NCBI GenBank assembly: GCA_002269645.1
Contig: NIVC01000967.1
Coordinates: 29,008 to 93,007 of the forward strand
Reading direction: 5' to 3'
Origin: Macrostomum lignano
Taxonomy: Eukaryota
DNA: 64,000 nt
A model generated the notes under the pieces. The model had not been told where the DNA came from. It worked only from the letters and a program-made list of their open reading frames with translations, and searched no databases. Positions 47,853-58,686 of this stretch are shown here, piece by piece. How positions within the stretch are numbered: the stretch's first letter is position 1; every line of letters begins with the position of its first letter. The translations under genes and the position numbers were made by a program.

Positions 47853-48204
47853 GGCCTATTGACTTAAGCCTATAAAGTGGAGCCCAAGTGACCTATGTAC
47901 ACAAATAATATGTCATTTTGCTTACAATGACACTAGGAAGCTGAGTTTGGCAAAAAGTGACAAAAATTGAACTCTGGATGGGGGAAAACAAGCAAGGGGA
48001 TAATAAGGACTCTACTTTATGAGCTTAAGTTGACATAATAGTCCTTAATTATCCTCTTGATTGTTCTCCAAGTCCAATTTTTGTTGCTTTTTTGCCAAAC
48101 CAAACTTCCTAGTGTCATTGTGAGCAGAATTACATATTATTTGTGTACATAGGTTACTTGGCTATGTCTATATACTCCACTTTATGAGCTTAACTTGACA
48201 GGCC
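47853..48204. mobile_element. Fold-back (long inverted repeat) MITE-like element
   Basis: Arms of about 165 bp (GGCC..ATAAAGTGGAG..CCAAGTGACCTATGTACACAAATAATATG..AATGACACTAGGAAG..AAGGACT and its reverse complement) around a spacer of about 28 bp. Confidence 0.65.
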
Positions 48205-48436
48205 CTTTGGAAGTGAAATTGGGCCTCAGTTATTTTTTGAGTATTTTTAATTGCTCATTTATTCATAACAAATATAATATTATGCATGAAACTGTTCTGC
48301 GGTTGCAATACTAAATTATTAGCAAATCATCCAGCATGTGCATACGCTAAAAATAAGAAATTTATTGGTGCAATAAAACACTTTTGACTTTAACAAGAGA
48401 CTAAAGAAAGTTGAGACATCTTAGAAACAGTAATCG

Positions 48437-51400
48437 ATGTACAATTCGCCAGTGCTAGCATGGACTCACGCAGCCCCAGGGTCCTCTCAGCAGCAGTCGC
48501 AGCAGCATCCAGCATCAGTACAGCCGCGCCAGGTCAGTGTTGATGAAGAGTACAGCCAGCCGTCCGATGCCCAGGGCTACATGCCAGCCGCCGCTAGCAG
48601 CAGGCCCAAGCAGCAGCAGCAGCAACCAGCCTTTCAGGTAGTCCCGGCCGAGAGCTTCTACAGCGAGCCGACCCCGGCGCCCACGGCTCCGCCGTCAGCC
48701 GCCATCGGATTCCGGCCAATCCAGCCAGCCGGCGTCAGCGGCGGCAGCGCGGCGGCGAAGCCTCAGCCTGCCAAGGTGCCAGCCCTGTCGGTGCTGAACC
48801 ACCATCCCGCCAGCCCGTTTGAGCCGGTACAGCAGCGGGTCAAACCAGGGCCGCTGTCGGGCGCTGCCAGACCGAGCACCATCATCAGCGCGCAGCCGCT
48901 AGCTGCTGAGCGATTGCCTTCGAGTACTGGAAGTGCTGTAGCTGCTGCCGCTTCCGCCCCCACAAGTTCAGCGCTGGCCCCAACAGCAACTGGTGGCAGC
49001 TTGTACGGTGACACGGCCGATTCCTCCTACGAGGAAGCCTGGGATATTCGCATGCAGAAGCGCGGCATCACGCTTGGTGGAAGACCGCTTGCCCCGGCCG
49101 CCGCTGCACCCGCTGCTGCTGCTGGTGCGGCTCCGCAAGCCGCTGCGCCGGGCGAGCCAGACTACGACTATGCGTACGGCAGCGGTGGCGGCGAGCTGCG
49201 CCACGCGATGCAGCGCTCGCTCAGCCTGCAGGATCACCAAGGCGGCGGCGATGCGCGGCCAGCTGTGCCAGCTCGCTCGGTCGCCGCAACCGCCGCTGCC
49301 GGGCATCCGCCGGTGCTTCAAGAGCGCCGGTCGGATGAGGACCGAGTGTCCATCGGCAGTTATGACGAGCCGTGGGAGGGTGGCGGAGCGGCCGCGGCCG
49401 CCGTTGGTCGGGCATTTTTACCGGTTGAGACTCATCGGACTGCAGCGCAGACTGTGCAGAAGCCTGGTGAGCGCTACTATCTACTATTAGTAGTTGTATA
49501 TTTTAAAGAAATTGTTATAGATGTCAATGAAATTTTTCATTCTATCTCAATTTGTACCTGTTTGGTATGTCAGGTTACCATGGAAATAGCATTATAGCAT
49601 AAATTCCATGGTCTACTGTTTAACTGTACAAATGTACAGTAATTAGCGGTGCAAGTGAGCAGATAGCGGGCAAGAATATTGCATACGAGCTACAGAATTG
49701 CTAAAGCAAAAATTGCCTTTGAAACGGATTTTTTACTTATTTGCCTCTCTCACTACTTTTGCTACGCTAAACATGTCAGTAGAATAGCTAACTTATTTCC
49801 AACACACAACCGCGTCTATCAATTTTTTCTCAGTTGTGCCCGGCTTTCCCATCGCGGTGCCGCCGCCTGTGCCTCCTCACAAGACGCAGCAACAGCATCA
49901 GCAGCATCAGTCCGGATCTCCGCCAGTCCGGCTCAGATCCACTGTCGCTGCCTCTGGCATCAGACAGTCGCAGCCGGCTCAGCTGGTCCGTCAGGAAAGC
50001 GGCCCAGCCGCCGCAGCCTCCGGTGCTTCATCATCCAGCTCGGAGCCGCTGATTGACTCAAACCTATCCCTATCCGACCAGCCGTGGTTCTATGAGATTG
50101 GCGTGAATCGCCAATCGGCCGAGTCGCTGCTCAAAGCCTATCCCGAGGGCGCATTCCTGGTGCGCACCTGCGAATCGGACACCGGCCAGTATTCGCTGAG
50201 TCTTCGCGGCCGGATTGAGTCGCAATTTTTGCATATGAAAATTGAGCGCAACAAGGCTGGCCAGTTTGTACTAGGCCAGTACTCGCAGCCCTTCCAGTCT
50301 GTGCCGCTGATGATTCGCCACTATACTAGCAACATTTTGCCCATTAAGGTGAGCATCTCTACCCCACCCTTTTGCACTGCTAAGCTTTGGGTAAACGGCA
50401 GGAGTAACTATGACTGTTTTATTAAGGCTAAATGCCTCGTCGTCTAATTAGTACTACGTTTGTATTCTTTCGGGCAGGCGAGTTACCCCTGGTCCACCAC
50501 AACCCGAGAGGGCTATGGTCACCGCCCTGATGTCCCTGTGGTTGAGTCCAAGCAGGGGACAGCCGCGCGGGATTGCCAACAGTCGGGGGCGTTAGCCCAC
50601 CTCTACCTGTGCTTTGAAGCCACCCAATTAATTATCCTAAGAATCTCGATAACCCCAAAAATGGCATCGAGCTATGCTGATGAGTCATGACAAAAGGCTA
50701 TGACGCAGAGAAACCCAGACTGGAGAGGCGGGAGTTAATTTAAAGACATTTTTAGCAATCTTTTAAGCTTCAAACTGCTGCCAATTCAGTGTTACACGTC
50801 TGGGAATTTTTTGCCCTCCAACGCAGTTCTTTGCCCCTTAGAAAGCGAGGGAGGCCGCTTTGCTCTCAGGAGAGCAAGAGAGAGAGAATTGAGAAAATGA
50901 CATATGAAATCGTTCGGTTCTGTTTCTTAGCCGCCTCTCGGTGCTTAGTGTGCAATTGCAGGCCCAAATATCGCTAAGGTTGCTCTGTCTCTACAGTTGT
51001 TCTGCGCTGTGCCTTGCTATTTCTCTTTTTCTCTCTCAGTCTCTGCCTCTTAGTGGTGTGTACTCCGCCCCCCTCTAAGTCCTGACACTCTGACTGTAAG
51101 CGTTCGAAGAGAGTAATCTTCGTTTTCTCGGTGTGTCGCGCCCGGGCCCAACAGAACACAACACACGGGGCCGCTTCCTATTTATTTACACTAAGTCCAT
51201 AGCCACACGACACATTTTGCGCGTCAGAGTATGCGGGCCAAGTTTGATTTTCTATGTATCTTATTAACATCTGTTTGCCTCCCTGTTCATCTAACTTGGT
51301 GGTCCTGTACCAGCTCACCTATTGCACTGGCTCTTTGTTTAGTAATAACCCTATACAATCCCTACAGTGGAAATTCAAACAGGCTACATTCACACTGGTT

Positions 51401-54400
51401 CCCCTACACAATCACACTGGATCCCTACACAATCACACTGGATCCCTACACAATCACACTGGATCCCTACACAATCACACTGGATCCCTACACAATCACA
51501 CTGGATCCCTACACAATCACACTGGTCCCCTACACAATCACACTGGATCCCTACACAATCACACTGGTCCCCTACACAATCACACTGGATCCCTACACAA
51601 TCACACTGGATGCCTACACAATCACACTGGATCCCTACACAATCACACTGGATCCCTACACAATCACACTGGATCCCTACACAATCACACTGGTCCCCTA
51701 CACAATCACACTGGATCCCTACACAATCACACTGGTCCCCTACACAATCACACTGGATCCCTACACAATCACACTGGATGCCTACACAATCACACTGGAT
51801 CCCTACACAATCACACTGGTCCCCTACACAATCACACTGGATCCCTACACAATCACACTGGTCCCCTACACAATCACACTGGATCCCTACACAATCACAC
51901 AATCACACTGGTTCCCTACACAATCACACTGGATGCCTACACAGGCACACTGGTTCCCACACAGGTACACTGGTTCCCACACAGGTACACTGGTTCCCAC
52001 ACAATCACACTGGTTCCCTACACAATCACACTGGATGCCTACACAATCACACTGGTTCCCTACACAATCACACTGGATCCCACACAGGTACACTGGTTCC
52101 CACACAATCACACTGGTTCCCTACACAATCACACTGGATGCCTACACAATCACACTGGTTCCCTACACAATCACACTGGATCCCACACAGGTACACTGGT
52201 TCCCACACAATCACACTGGTTCCCTACACAATCACACTGGTCCCCTACACAATCACACTGGATCCCTACACAATCACACTGGTCCCCTACACAATCACAC
52301 TGGATCCCTACACAATCACACTGGATGCCTACACAATCACACTGGTCCCCTACACAATCACACTGGATCCCTACACAATCACACTGGATCCCTACACAAT
52401 CACACTGGATCCCTACACAATCACACTGGTCCCCTACACAATCACACTGGATCCCTACACAATCACACTGGTCCCCTACACAATCACACTGGATCCCTAC
52501 ACAATCACACTGGATGCCTACACAGGCACACTGGTTCCCACACAGGTACACTGGTTCCCACACAGGTACACTGGTTCCCACACAATCACACTGGTTCCCT
52601 ACACAATCACACTGGATGCCTACACAATCACACTGGTTCCCTACACAATCACACTGGATCCCACACAGGTACACTGGTTCCCACACAATCACACTGGTTC
52701 CCTACACAATCACACTGGATGCCTACACAATCACACTGGTTCCCTACACAATCACACTGGATCCCACACAGGTACACTGGTTCCCACACAATCACACTGG
52801 TTCCCTACACAATCACACTGGATGCCTACACAATCACACTGGATGCCTACACAATCACACTGGTTCCCTACACAATCACACTGGATCCCACACAGGTACA
52901 CTGGTTCCCACACAATCACACTGGTTCCCTACACAATCACACTGGATGCCTACACAATCACACTGGATGCCTACACAATCACACTGGATCCCACACAGGC
53001 ACACTGGTTCCCACACAGGCACACTGGTTCCCACACAGGCACACTGGTTCCCACACAGGTACACTGGTTCCCACACAATCACACTGGTTCCCTACACAAT
53101 CACACTGGATGCCTACACAATCACACTGGTTCCCTACACAATCACACTGGTTCCCACACAGGCACACTGGTTCCCACACAGGTACACTGGTTCCCACACA
53201 GGCACACTGGTTCCTGTTCTGTTGTTGAATTAACGAACGCAGAAACAAGATAGATAATTATCCGGGCGCTCAGTGGCACCGAAAGAAGGGGTTTGGCCAA
53301 TAGGAGGGCGGCTCGTATATTTATGCACGCGGGGAAGGAAAGTTCTAGAAAGACCGGGGAAGGAAACTTCTGGAACTATGCGTAAACAAGTCCGCGGTGG
53401 AAGTTTCTAGAAACGCTGTCCCCGAACTACCCCTACGCATCGCATGCCTTTGCAATACACAACATTCTTCCCCTCCTTCAAGGAGTCCAACAGTCCCCAA
53501 GCTTCACTTTAATCAGTCCCAGCGGCAGTTCATGAAGCGTATCGGCGGGTGCCTGGCTCGCTCAGATCGGCGGGGCGCTGCTGTTCTTGCCGGAGGCTCC
53601 GCCGCCGGTGCCGCCGGTGCCGCCGTGCCGGCTCCGGTCGTTGGCGCCGAGTCCACCAGTGGGTCGAACCGCTCTCTCGGCTGCGCCGGGTGCGGCGTTC
53701 GGATCAGCCGCTGCTGGTTCCATCTGGTGCCGTCGCTGAGCTCGACCGCGTGGTGTCCCGCCTGACGGAGCACTTGTAGTGGCCGTGAGAGGCGGGTACC
53801 CAGCTTGCCCTTCTTGGTGGGCCGTCGGATTCTCACCCAATCGCCGGGGTGGAACGTCTCGGGGCGGGCCCTTCGTCTGGCATCGGTGTAGGCCTTGATC
53901 CGCTGCTGCCGCGCCTCGATTTGCTGCCGCAGTGCCTGAGGCGTCGCCTCGGTCGTTGTCATTCCCCCTCCGGGAGACAGCATGGTGATCGCGGTGCGCC
54001 ACTTCCGACCCAGCATGAGCTCGGCCGGTGACTTGCCCGTCAGGCTGTGCTTGGAGCTCCGGTAGGCAGACAAGAAGTTGGTCACGGCGTCTTGAAACGG
54101 CCTGTTCTCCGCCATGGCCGCTCTGATGCTGGCGAGCAGCGACCGATTGAGACGCTCCGTCTGGCCGTTGGTCTGCGGATGGTAGAGGCTGGTCTTGACG
54201 TGCCGGATGCCCTGCTCGGCCAAGAAGTCCGAGAACTCGCTGCCAAACTGCGGGCCGTTGTCCGTCAGCACCTTCTCGCACAGCCCCCACCTTGCGAACA
54301 GGCTGCGCATCGCACGGCAGATGGTCTCCGTGGTGATGCTGGCCGTCGGGATGACCTCCGGCCACTTGCTGTGCAGGTCCGTCACGACGATGAGGTACCT

Positions 54401-57400
54401 GCTAGAGGCCGGCGCCGCCTGCAGTTCTCCGACGATGTCCACGGCGATCTCTGCCCATGGTGAATCTGGCCAGCGTATGGTCTTGAGCGGGGCCGGACTG
54501 ACCTTAAAGTTCTTCTCGGCTGTCTCGCACGCTACGCAGTGTCGCACGAAGGTCTCGACCGCCTTGTCCATGGCGGGCCACCAGACTGAGTCGCGGAGCG
54601 CCTGCTTGGTGCGCACGATGCCCTGGTGCCCTTCGTGAGCCTGCTCGAGAAGCTGGCCGCGGAGAGACTCCGGGATGACCGCTCTCTCCTGGAAGGCAAG
54701 GCATTCGCCGTTGTTCCAGACGCTTAGCTGTTCGCGCACCTTCCAGAGCGCCCGCAGCTCGACGTCGTCGATGTCAGCTGGCCACCGGCCGCTAATGACG
54801 CTCCTGATGGCTGTCCTCAGTGTCTCGTCAGCTGCGGTCCCTGCGGTAAGTGCTTCCAGTGTGACCGCCTTGACTCTCGGGCCTGGAGTGTCGGGCAGGT
54901 GGATCAGGTTTAGCTCCGATCCGCTGCTCCACCGGGAAAGCAGATCGGCAACGTAGTTGCTGTTTCCTGGCAGGTAGCGCACGTGGAAGTCGTACTGCAG
55001 CAGCCGGTCGCACCACCTGTGGATCCGCAGTGGCCGGTGTCCCGTGCCGGTCGGTCCCAGAAGCAGCTGCTGCAGCGCCTGATGATCTGTGCGCAGCTCG
55101 AAGTGGCGACCGTAGAGGTAGAAATGCCACTTCTCCATCGCCCAGAGGCTAGCCAGTGCCTCGCGCTCGTTCGCGGCGTAGCGCTGTTCCGTCGTCGTCA
55201 GCGCTCGGGCGGCGAAGGCGACCGGTCGCTCGACGCCGTCCTGGATCTGCGACAGCTGGGCTCCGATGGCCTTGGCGCTGGCATCCGTGGTGACGATAGT
55301 GTCGGCCTTCGGGTCGAAGTGGGCGAGCGTCGGTGCCTTGCTGATGGCGTCCTTCACTGCTTCGAACGCCCGTTGGCACTCCGGCGTCCAGTCGAAGTTG
55401 GAGTCGGCCTTCAGGAGCCTTCGAAGCGGCTCTGTGATGTCGGCGTAGTGCGGCACGAAGCGCATCAGGAAGTTAGCGGCGCCTAGGAATGACTTCAACG
55501 CCTTCTGATCTCCGGGCTGCCGGATGTCCCTGATGGCCGCTGTGGCTGACTCCGTTGGCCGGATGCCGGCCTCCGAGATCACGAATCCGAAGAATTCGAC
55601 CTCTTTCTGCTTGAAGGCGCACTTCTGCTTGTTCACCGTCATGCCCTTGTCCTCGAGGCGCTGGAGCAACTTCTCCAGTCGTCGATCGTGCTCCTCCTCG
55701 CTGCGCCCGTACACGATGAAGTCATCCAAGATGTGCTCCACTCCGTCGAGGTCGGCGGCCTGATCGTCGAGCATGCGCTGGAAAGCAGCTGGTGCCGATG
55801 CCAGGCCGAAGGGAACTCGACGATAGCGGAAGAGCCCCTTGTGCGTGATGAAGGCTGTCAGATTGCGGCTCGATTCATGCAGCTGCATCTGCATGTAGCC
55901 CGACTTCAGATCAATCTTGCTGAACACTCGGCCACGGCCTTTCTTGATCTTCGAGGCAATCTCGTCCAGCTGTGGCATCGGGTGCTTGTCGACGATCAGT
56001 GCCTTGTTCGGCTCGCGAACGTCGACGCAGATTCGGATGCTGCCATCCTTCTTCGCCGTCACCACTAGATTGGAGACCCACTCGCTAGCGTTGACTCGCT
56101 CGATGATGCCGTCCTTCTCCATCTTGTCGAGTTCGGCACCGACCTGCTCCTGTCGCATGAGGGGCAGGCGGCGGAGTGGCTGCTGGACGGGTCGCACTGC
56201 TGGGTCGACCTTGGGCTGGTGTACAGCGCCGGTGCAGCATCCTATCGCACCGCTGAAGGTTGTTGGGTACCGCGCCTGCAAGTCCGCCGTCAAGTCGCTG
56301 ACCTCCGCGATTCCGGGCGGCTGCCCGCTAAGGTCGACTCGGAAGCCCAGCTTCTCCATCAGGTCTCTACCGACGATGTTGTCGCCGCCTGGCGCAACGA
56401 AGAACCGGTGCTGCATCGCCTTTTCGCCGTAGCGCACCTCCAGCTCGGTGACACCACTTAGCTGGATTGGCAGTCCGCCGTAGGCACGCAGCTTCGTCGT
56501 AGTGGGAGAGGTGACTGCACCTGAGATCCGATCGGCGGTCTGTCGGGACAGCAGCGACACCCTTGCGCCGCAGTCCACCATCAGGCTGACAGCGGTCCTG
56601 TCCGGTCCGAGTTCCAGCGTCGCCCGGACCTCCCTGTCGCCACCCGGCACTGCGTAGACTGTGATCACCTCGTCCGCGGCATTGACAGCAGCCTGCTGGC
56701 TGCGACAGCAACTCCGGAAGTGGTTCTTCTTGCCACAGGCCTCGCATGTCTTGCCCTTGGCCGGACAGGGGGTCGTCGGTCCGTGGTCTCGCCCACAGCG
56801 CGTGCAGGCGCCGCCGGGTTTGGCCGTCCTGCCAGCTGGTGCTGGGCGGTGCCTCCCCTTTGCAGCGACCTTCTGGCCCCTCGGCTGTCGGATCGATTGG
56901 ACGGCTGCCGTGCTCGAGGTTGATGGCGCCATCGCCTTGGCTTCTTTGGAGGCTTCCTCGATGGAGACCGCGATGCTGAGCGCTTTCGCCAGGTTGAGGT
57001 CCTCCACCTTCTCCGTCAGCAGCCTCTCTCGGATTCTGGGGTTACTGGTCTTCTCAGCCAGCTGGTCTCTGATGAGATCGTCCTGTATCGCCCCGTAGTT
57101 GCACAGCTCCGTCAGCTCCCTCAGGGCTGCCACGAAGGTCTTGACGTCCTCGCCGGGTAGCTGCTGGCGCTGGCGGAAGCGATATCTGGCTACCATCACG
57201 TTGGGCTTCTCGCCGAAGATCTTCTCGAGCTCCGCCTTAGTTGCTGCGAACGTGTCGTTCTCCTTGATTGCTTGGCGTGCTCGAGCAACCCGCTGACCTT
57301 CGAATCCAAGCAGATGGAGCAGAAGGCTCTTCTTCAGCGGTTTCGCCTCTTCCTTCCCTTCGGGCTCCTTGAATTGGGCCGCCTCGTAATAAAATTCAAA

Positions 57401-58035
57401 GGCCTCAATCCATCGGCTCCATGGTACTGTCGGTGATCCGCAGTTCGCCAGGAAGGGCGTGGGTGCGGGGATGCTAGCCGCCATCCTCGTCGCCAATGTT
57501 CTGTTGTTGAATTAACGAACGCAGAAACAAGATAGATAATTATCCGGGCGCTCAGTGGCACCGAAAGAAGGGGTTTGGCCAATAGGAGGGCGGCTCGTAT
57601 ATTTATGCACGCGGGGAAGGAAAGTTCTAGAAAGACCGGGGAAGGAAACTTCTGGAACTATGCGTAAACAAGTCCGCGGTGGAAGTTTCTAGAAACGCTG
57701 TCCCCGAACTACCCCTACGCATCGCATGCCTTTGCAATACACAACAGTTCCCACACAGGTACACTGGTTCCCACACAGGCACACTGGTTCCCACACAGGT
57801 ACACTGGTTCCCACACAGGTCCTTCGCTGGTTCTTCTCTGGGCATCTTATAAGTTCTATCAGCCTCCGCACGCGCGAACCCCTCAATGCCATGCTCCTAT
57901 TTATTTCGCACTCGCTCACCGCCCCGCTGTATCCGCCGCCCGCCCACGCAGGGCGCGGATCAGATGATTCTGAAGATGCCCGTAGTTCGAGCCGGCCGTC
58001 GTCCGCAGCCAACCGGCAACAATCACTACGTGTGA
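48437..58035 (+). CDS. SHB/SHD/SHE/SHF-family SH2 adaptor. Exons 48437(?)-49466, 49834-50348, 57952-58035, about 542 aa. The 5' end is uncertain.
   Basis: Low-complexity N-terminus with Tyr motifs (EYSQP, FYSEP, YEEAW, YDEPWE). C-terminal SH2: PWFYEIG..RQSAESLL..GAFLVR..YSLSLR..FLHMKI..FVLGQYSQPFQSVP.MI.HY..LPIK|GADQMILKMPV, matching the SHB-family ending LPIKGAEHLSLLYPV. Confidence 0.9.
51390..53214. repeat. 20/21-bp minisatellite (CACTGGATCCCTACACAATCA / CACTGGTTCCCACACAGGTA), resuming at 57747-57820 after the Gypsy insertion
   Basis: Tandem periodicity; source of the YTITLDP, HNHTGSL and TQSHW ORFs. Confidence 0.97.
53465..53479 (-). promoter_or_regulatory. Polypurine tract GAAGGAGGGGAAGAA
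   Basis: All-purine run on the minus strand immediately before the TG of the 3' LTR. Confidence 0.85.
53513..57484 (-). CDS. Gag-Pol polyprotein (gag with two CCHC knuckles, protease, RT, RNase H, integrase), about 1323 aa from ATG at 57484
   Basis: CTRCGRDH..C and CEACGKKNHFRSC knuckles; protease VDCGA; RT FSKIDLKSGY, VPFGLASAP and ILDD; RNase H TDAS...EREALA...TDH; integrase HEGH...CVAC, VDI, TDNG and ERLN. Domain order PR-RT-RH-IN indicates Gypsy. Confidence 0.95.
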   Translation of the reverse strand: MAASIPAPTPFLANCGSPTVPWSRWIEAFEFYYEAAQFKEPEGKEEAKPLKKSLLLHLLGFEGQRVARARQAIKENDTFAATKAELEKIFGEKPNVMVARYRFRQRQQLPGEDVKTFVAALRELTELCNYGAIQDDLIRDQLAEKTSNPRIRERLLTEKVEDLNLAKALSIAVSIEEASKEAKAMAPSTSSTAAVQSIRQPRGQKVAAKGRHRPAPAGRTAKPGGACTRCGRDHGPTTPCPAKGKTCEACGKKNHFRSCCRSQQAAVNAADEVITVYAVPGGDREVRATLELGPDRTAVSLMVDCGARVSLLSRQTADRISGAVTSPTTTKLRAYGGLPIQLSGVTELEVRYGEKAMQHRFFVAPGGDNIVGRDLMEKLGFRVDLSGQPPGIAEVSDLTADLQARYPTTFSGAIGCCTGAVHQPKVDPAVRPVQQPLRRLPLMRQEQVGAELDKMEKDGIIERVNASEWVSNLVVTAKKDGSIRICVDVREPNKALIVDKHPMPQLDEIASKIKKGRGRVFSKIDLKSGYMQMQLHESSRNLTAFITHKGLFRYRRVPFGLASAPAAFQRMLDDQAADLDGVEHILDDFIVYGRSEEEHDRRLEKLLQRLEDKGMTVNKQKCAFKQKEVEFFGFVISEAGIRPTESATAAIRDIRQPGDQKALKSFLGAANFLMRFVPHYADITEPLRRLLKADSNFDWTPECQRAFEAVKDAISKAPTLAHFDPKADTIVTTDASAKAIGAQLSQIQDGVERPVAFAARALTTTEQRYAANEREALASLWAMEKWHFYLYGRHFELRTDHQALQQLLLGPTGTGHRPLRIHRWCDRLLQYDFHVRYLPGNSNYVADLLSRWSSGSELNLIHLPDTPGPRVKAVTLEALTAGTAADETLRTAIRSVISGRWPADIDDVELRALWKVREQLSVWNNGECLAFQERAVIPESLRGQLLEQAHEGHQGIVRTKQALRDSVWWPAMDKAVETFVRHCVACETAEKNFKVSPAPLKTIRWPDSPWAEIAVDIVGELQAAPASSRYLIVVTDLHSKWPEVIPTASITTETICRAMRSLFARWGLCEKVLTDNGPQFGSEFSDFLAEQGIRHVKTSLYHPQTNGQTERLNRSLLASIRAAMAENRPFQDAVTNFLSAYRSSKHSLTGKSPAELMLGRKWRTAITMLSPGGGMTTTEATPQALRQQIEARQQRIKAYTDARRRARPETFHPGDWVRIRRPTKKGKLGTRLSRPLQVLRQAGHHAVELSDGTRWNQQRLIRTPHPAQPRERFDPLVDSAPTTGAGTAAPAAPAAEPPARTAAPRRSERARHPPIRFMNCRWD
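57481..57495 (-). promoter_or_regulatory. Primer-binding site TGGCGACGAGGATGG, complementary to the 3' end of tRNA-Ser(GCT)
   Basis: Starts 1 nt after the 5' LTR. Its reverse complement CCATCCTCGTCGCCA matches my recollection of the metazoan tRNA-Ser(GCT) 3' end. Confidence 0.75.
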
Positions 58036-58686
58036 ATCGGATTGAATGGCCCAATAAAGAATTTGTGAGAATGATTATTAACCCAAACGTCACTGCTGAA
58101 GCTGTTGCTTTGGCTCTGTCTGTTCTGTAAACCGATCTCCTGATTAGTTTTACCTCAGTCCCAACTCCAACTGTTTAGTAGGTTTTATACAATCGTTTTT
58201 TTTAGTGCGAGTTTCGCGTCACATTTGAAATTTGATGTGTTTGTTTTTTTTGTTTGAACGCGCCAGTCACGGTTTTTCCACTGGCTGATTTATTTTAACT
58301 CTTAATGTTTAATCTTCCGCACAGATTATTAAGCTTTACTGTGCAATGACCAGGAGATGCTAGTTAACTTTAACTCCGGTTATATTAAGCTGGCTTTGCA
58401 ATTCTTATTATCTATTTCTAATAATGCTTATCTGGTTTAAGTCTATCTGTGTGTTGTCGATATGAGCAATCTAATATACATACGTATGCATAAACACTAT
58501 TAATTTGTTCTCTGGCACGCTTAACTCATTGTCTCATACCGTTAATTTGCCTGCATTTGTTGCTGTGTCTCGGATTTCAGTATCAAATTTGTGCTCGCGT
58601 CCACTTGCGTTCTACTCTTATTATTTAATTATATTTACTTCTCCTGGACTGCTGCAATTGATTTAGAATTCTTTATTCATATAGTA

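Larger units (their letters stand above)
53215..57746 (-). mobile_element. Full-length Ty3/Gypsy LTR retrotransposon. LTRs 57497-57746 (5') and 53215-53464 (3'), TSD GTTCC.
   Basis: Two 250-bp TG...CA direct repeats in which I saw no differences. GTTCC lies at 53210-53214 and 57747-57751. PBS and PPT are present, with a single uninterrupted gag-pol ORF. Confidence 0.97.

Noticed and set aside
51231-53253. Three 630-665-aa ORFs in all + frames, and Cys-rich minus ORFs
   Set aside because: Stop-free minisatellite inside the SH2-gene intron; open in all frames because the units lack stops.
53397-57582. Numerous short ORFs overlapping the Gypsy pol gene
   Set aside because: Shadow ORFs of a GC-rich coding sequence; no env-like or other extra ORF is supported.
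57726-58130. 134-aa + strand ORF after the Gypsy 5' LTR
   Set aside because: The real SH2 terminal exon is in another frame (57952-58035); this ORF starts in LTR and array sequence.
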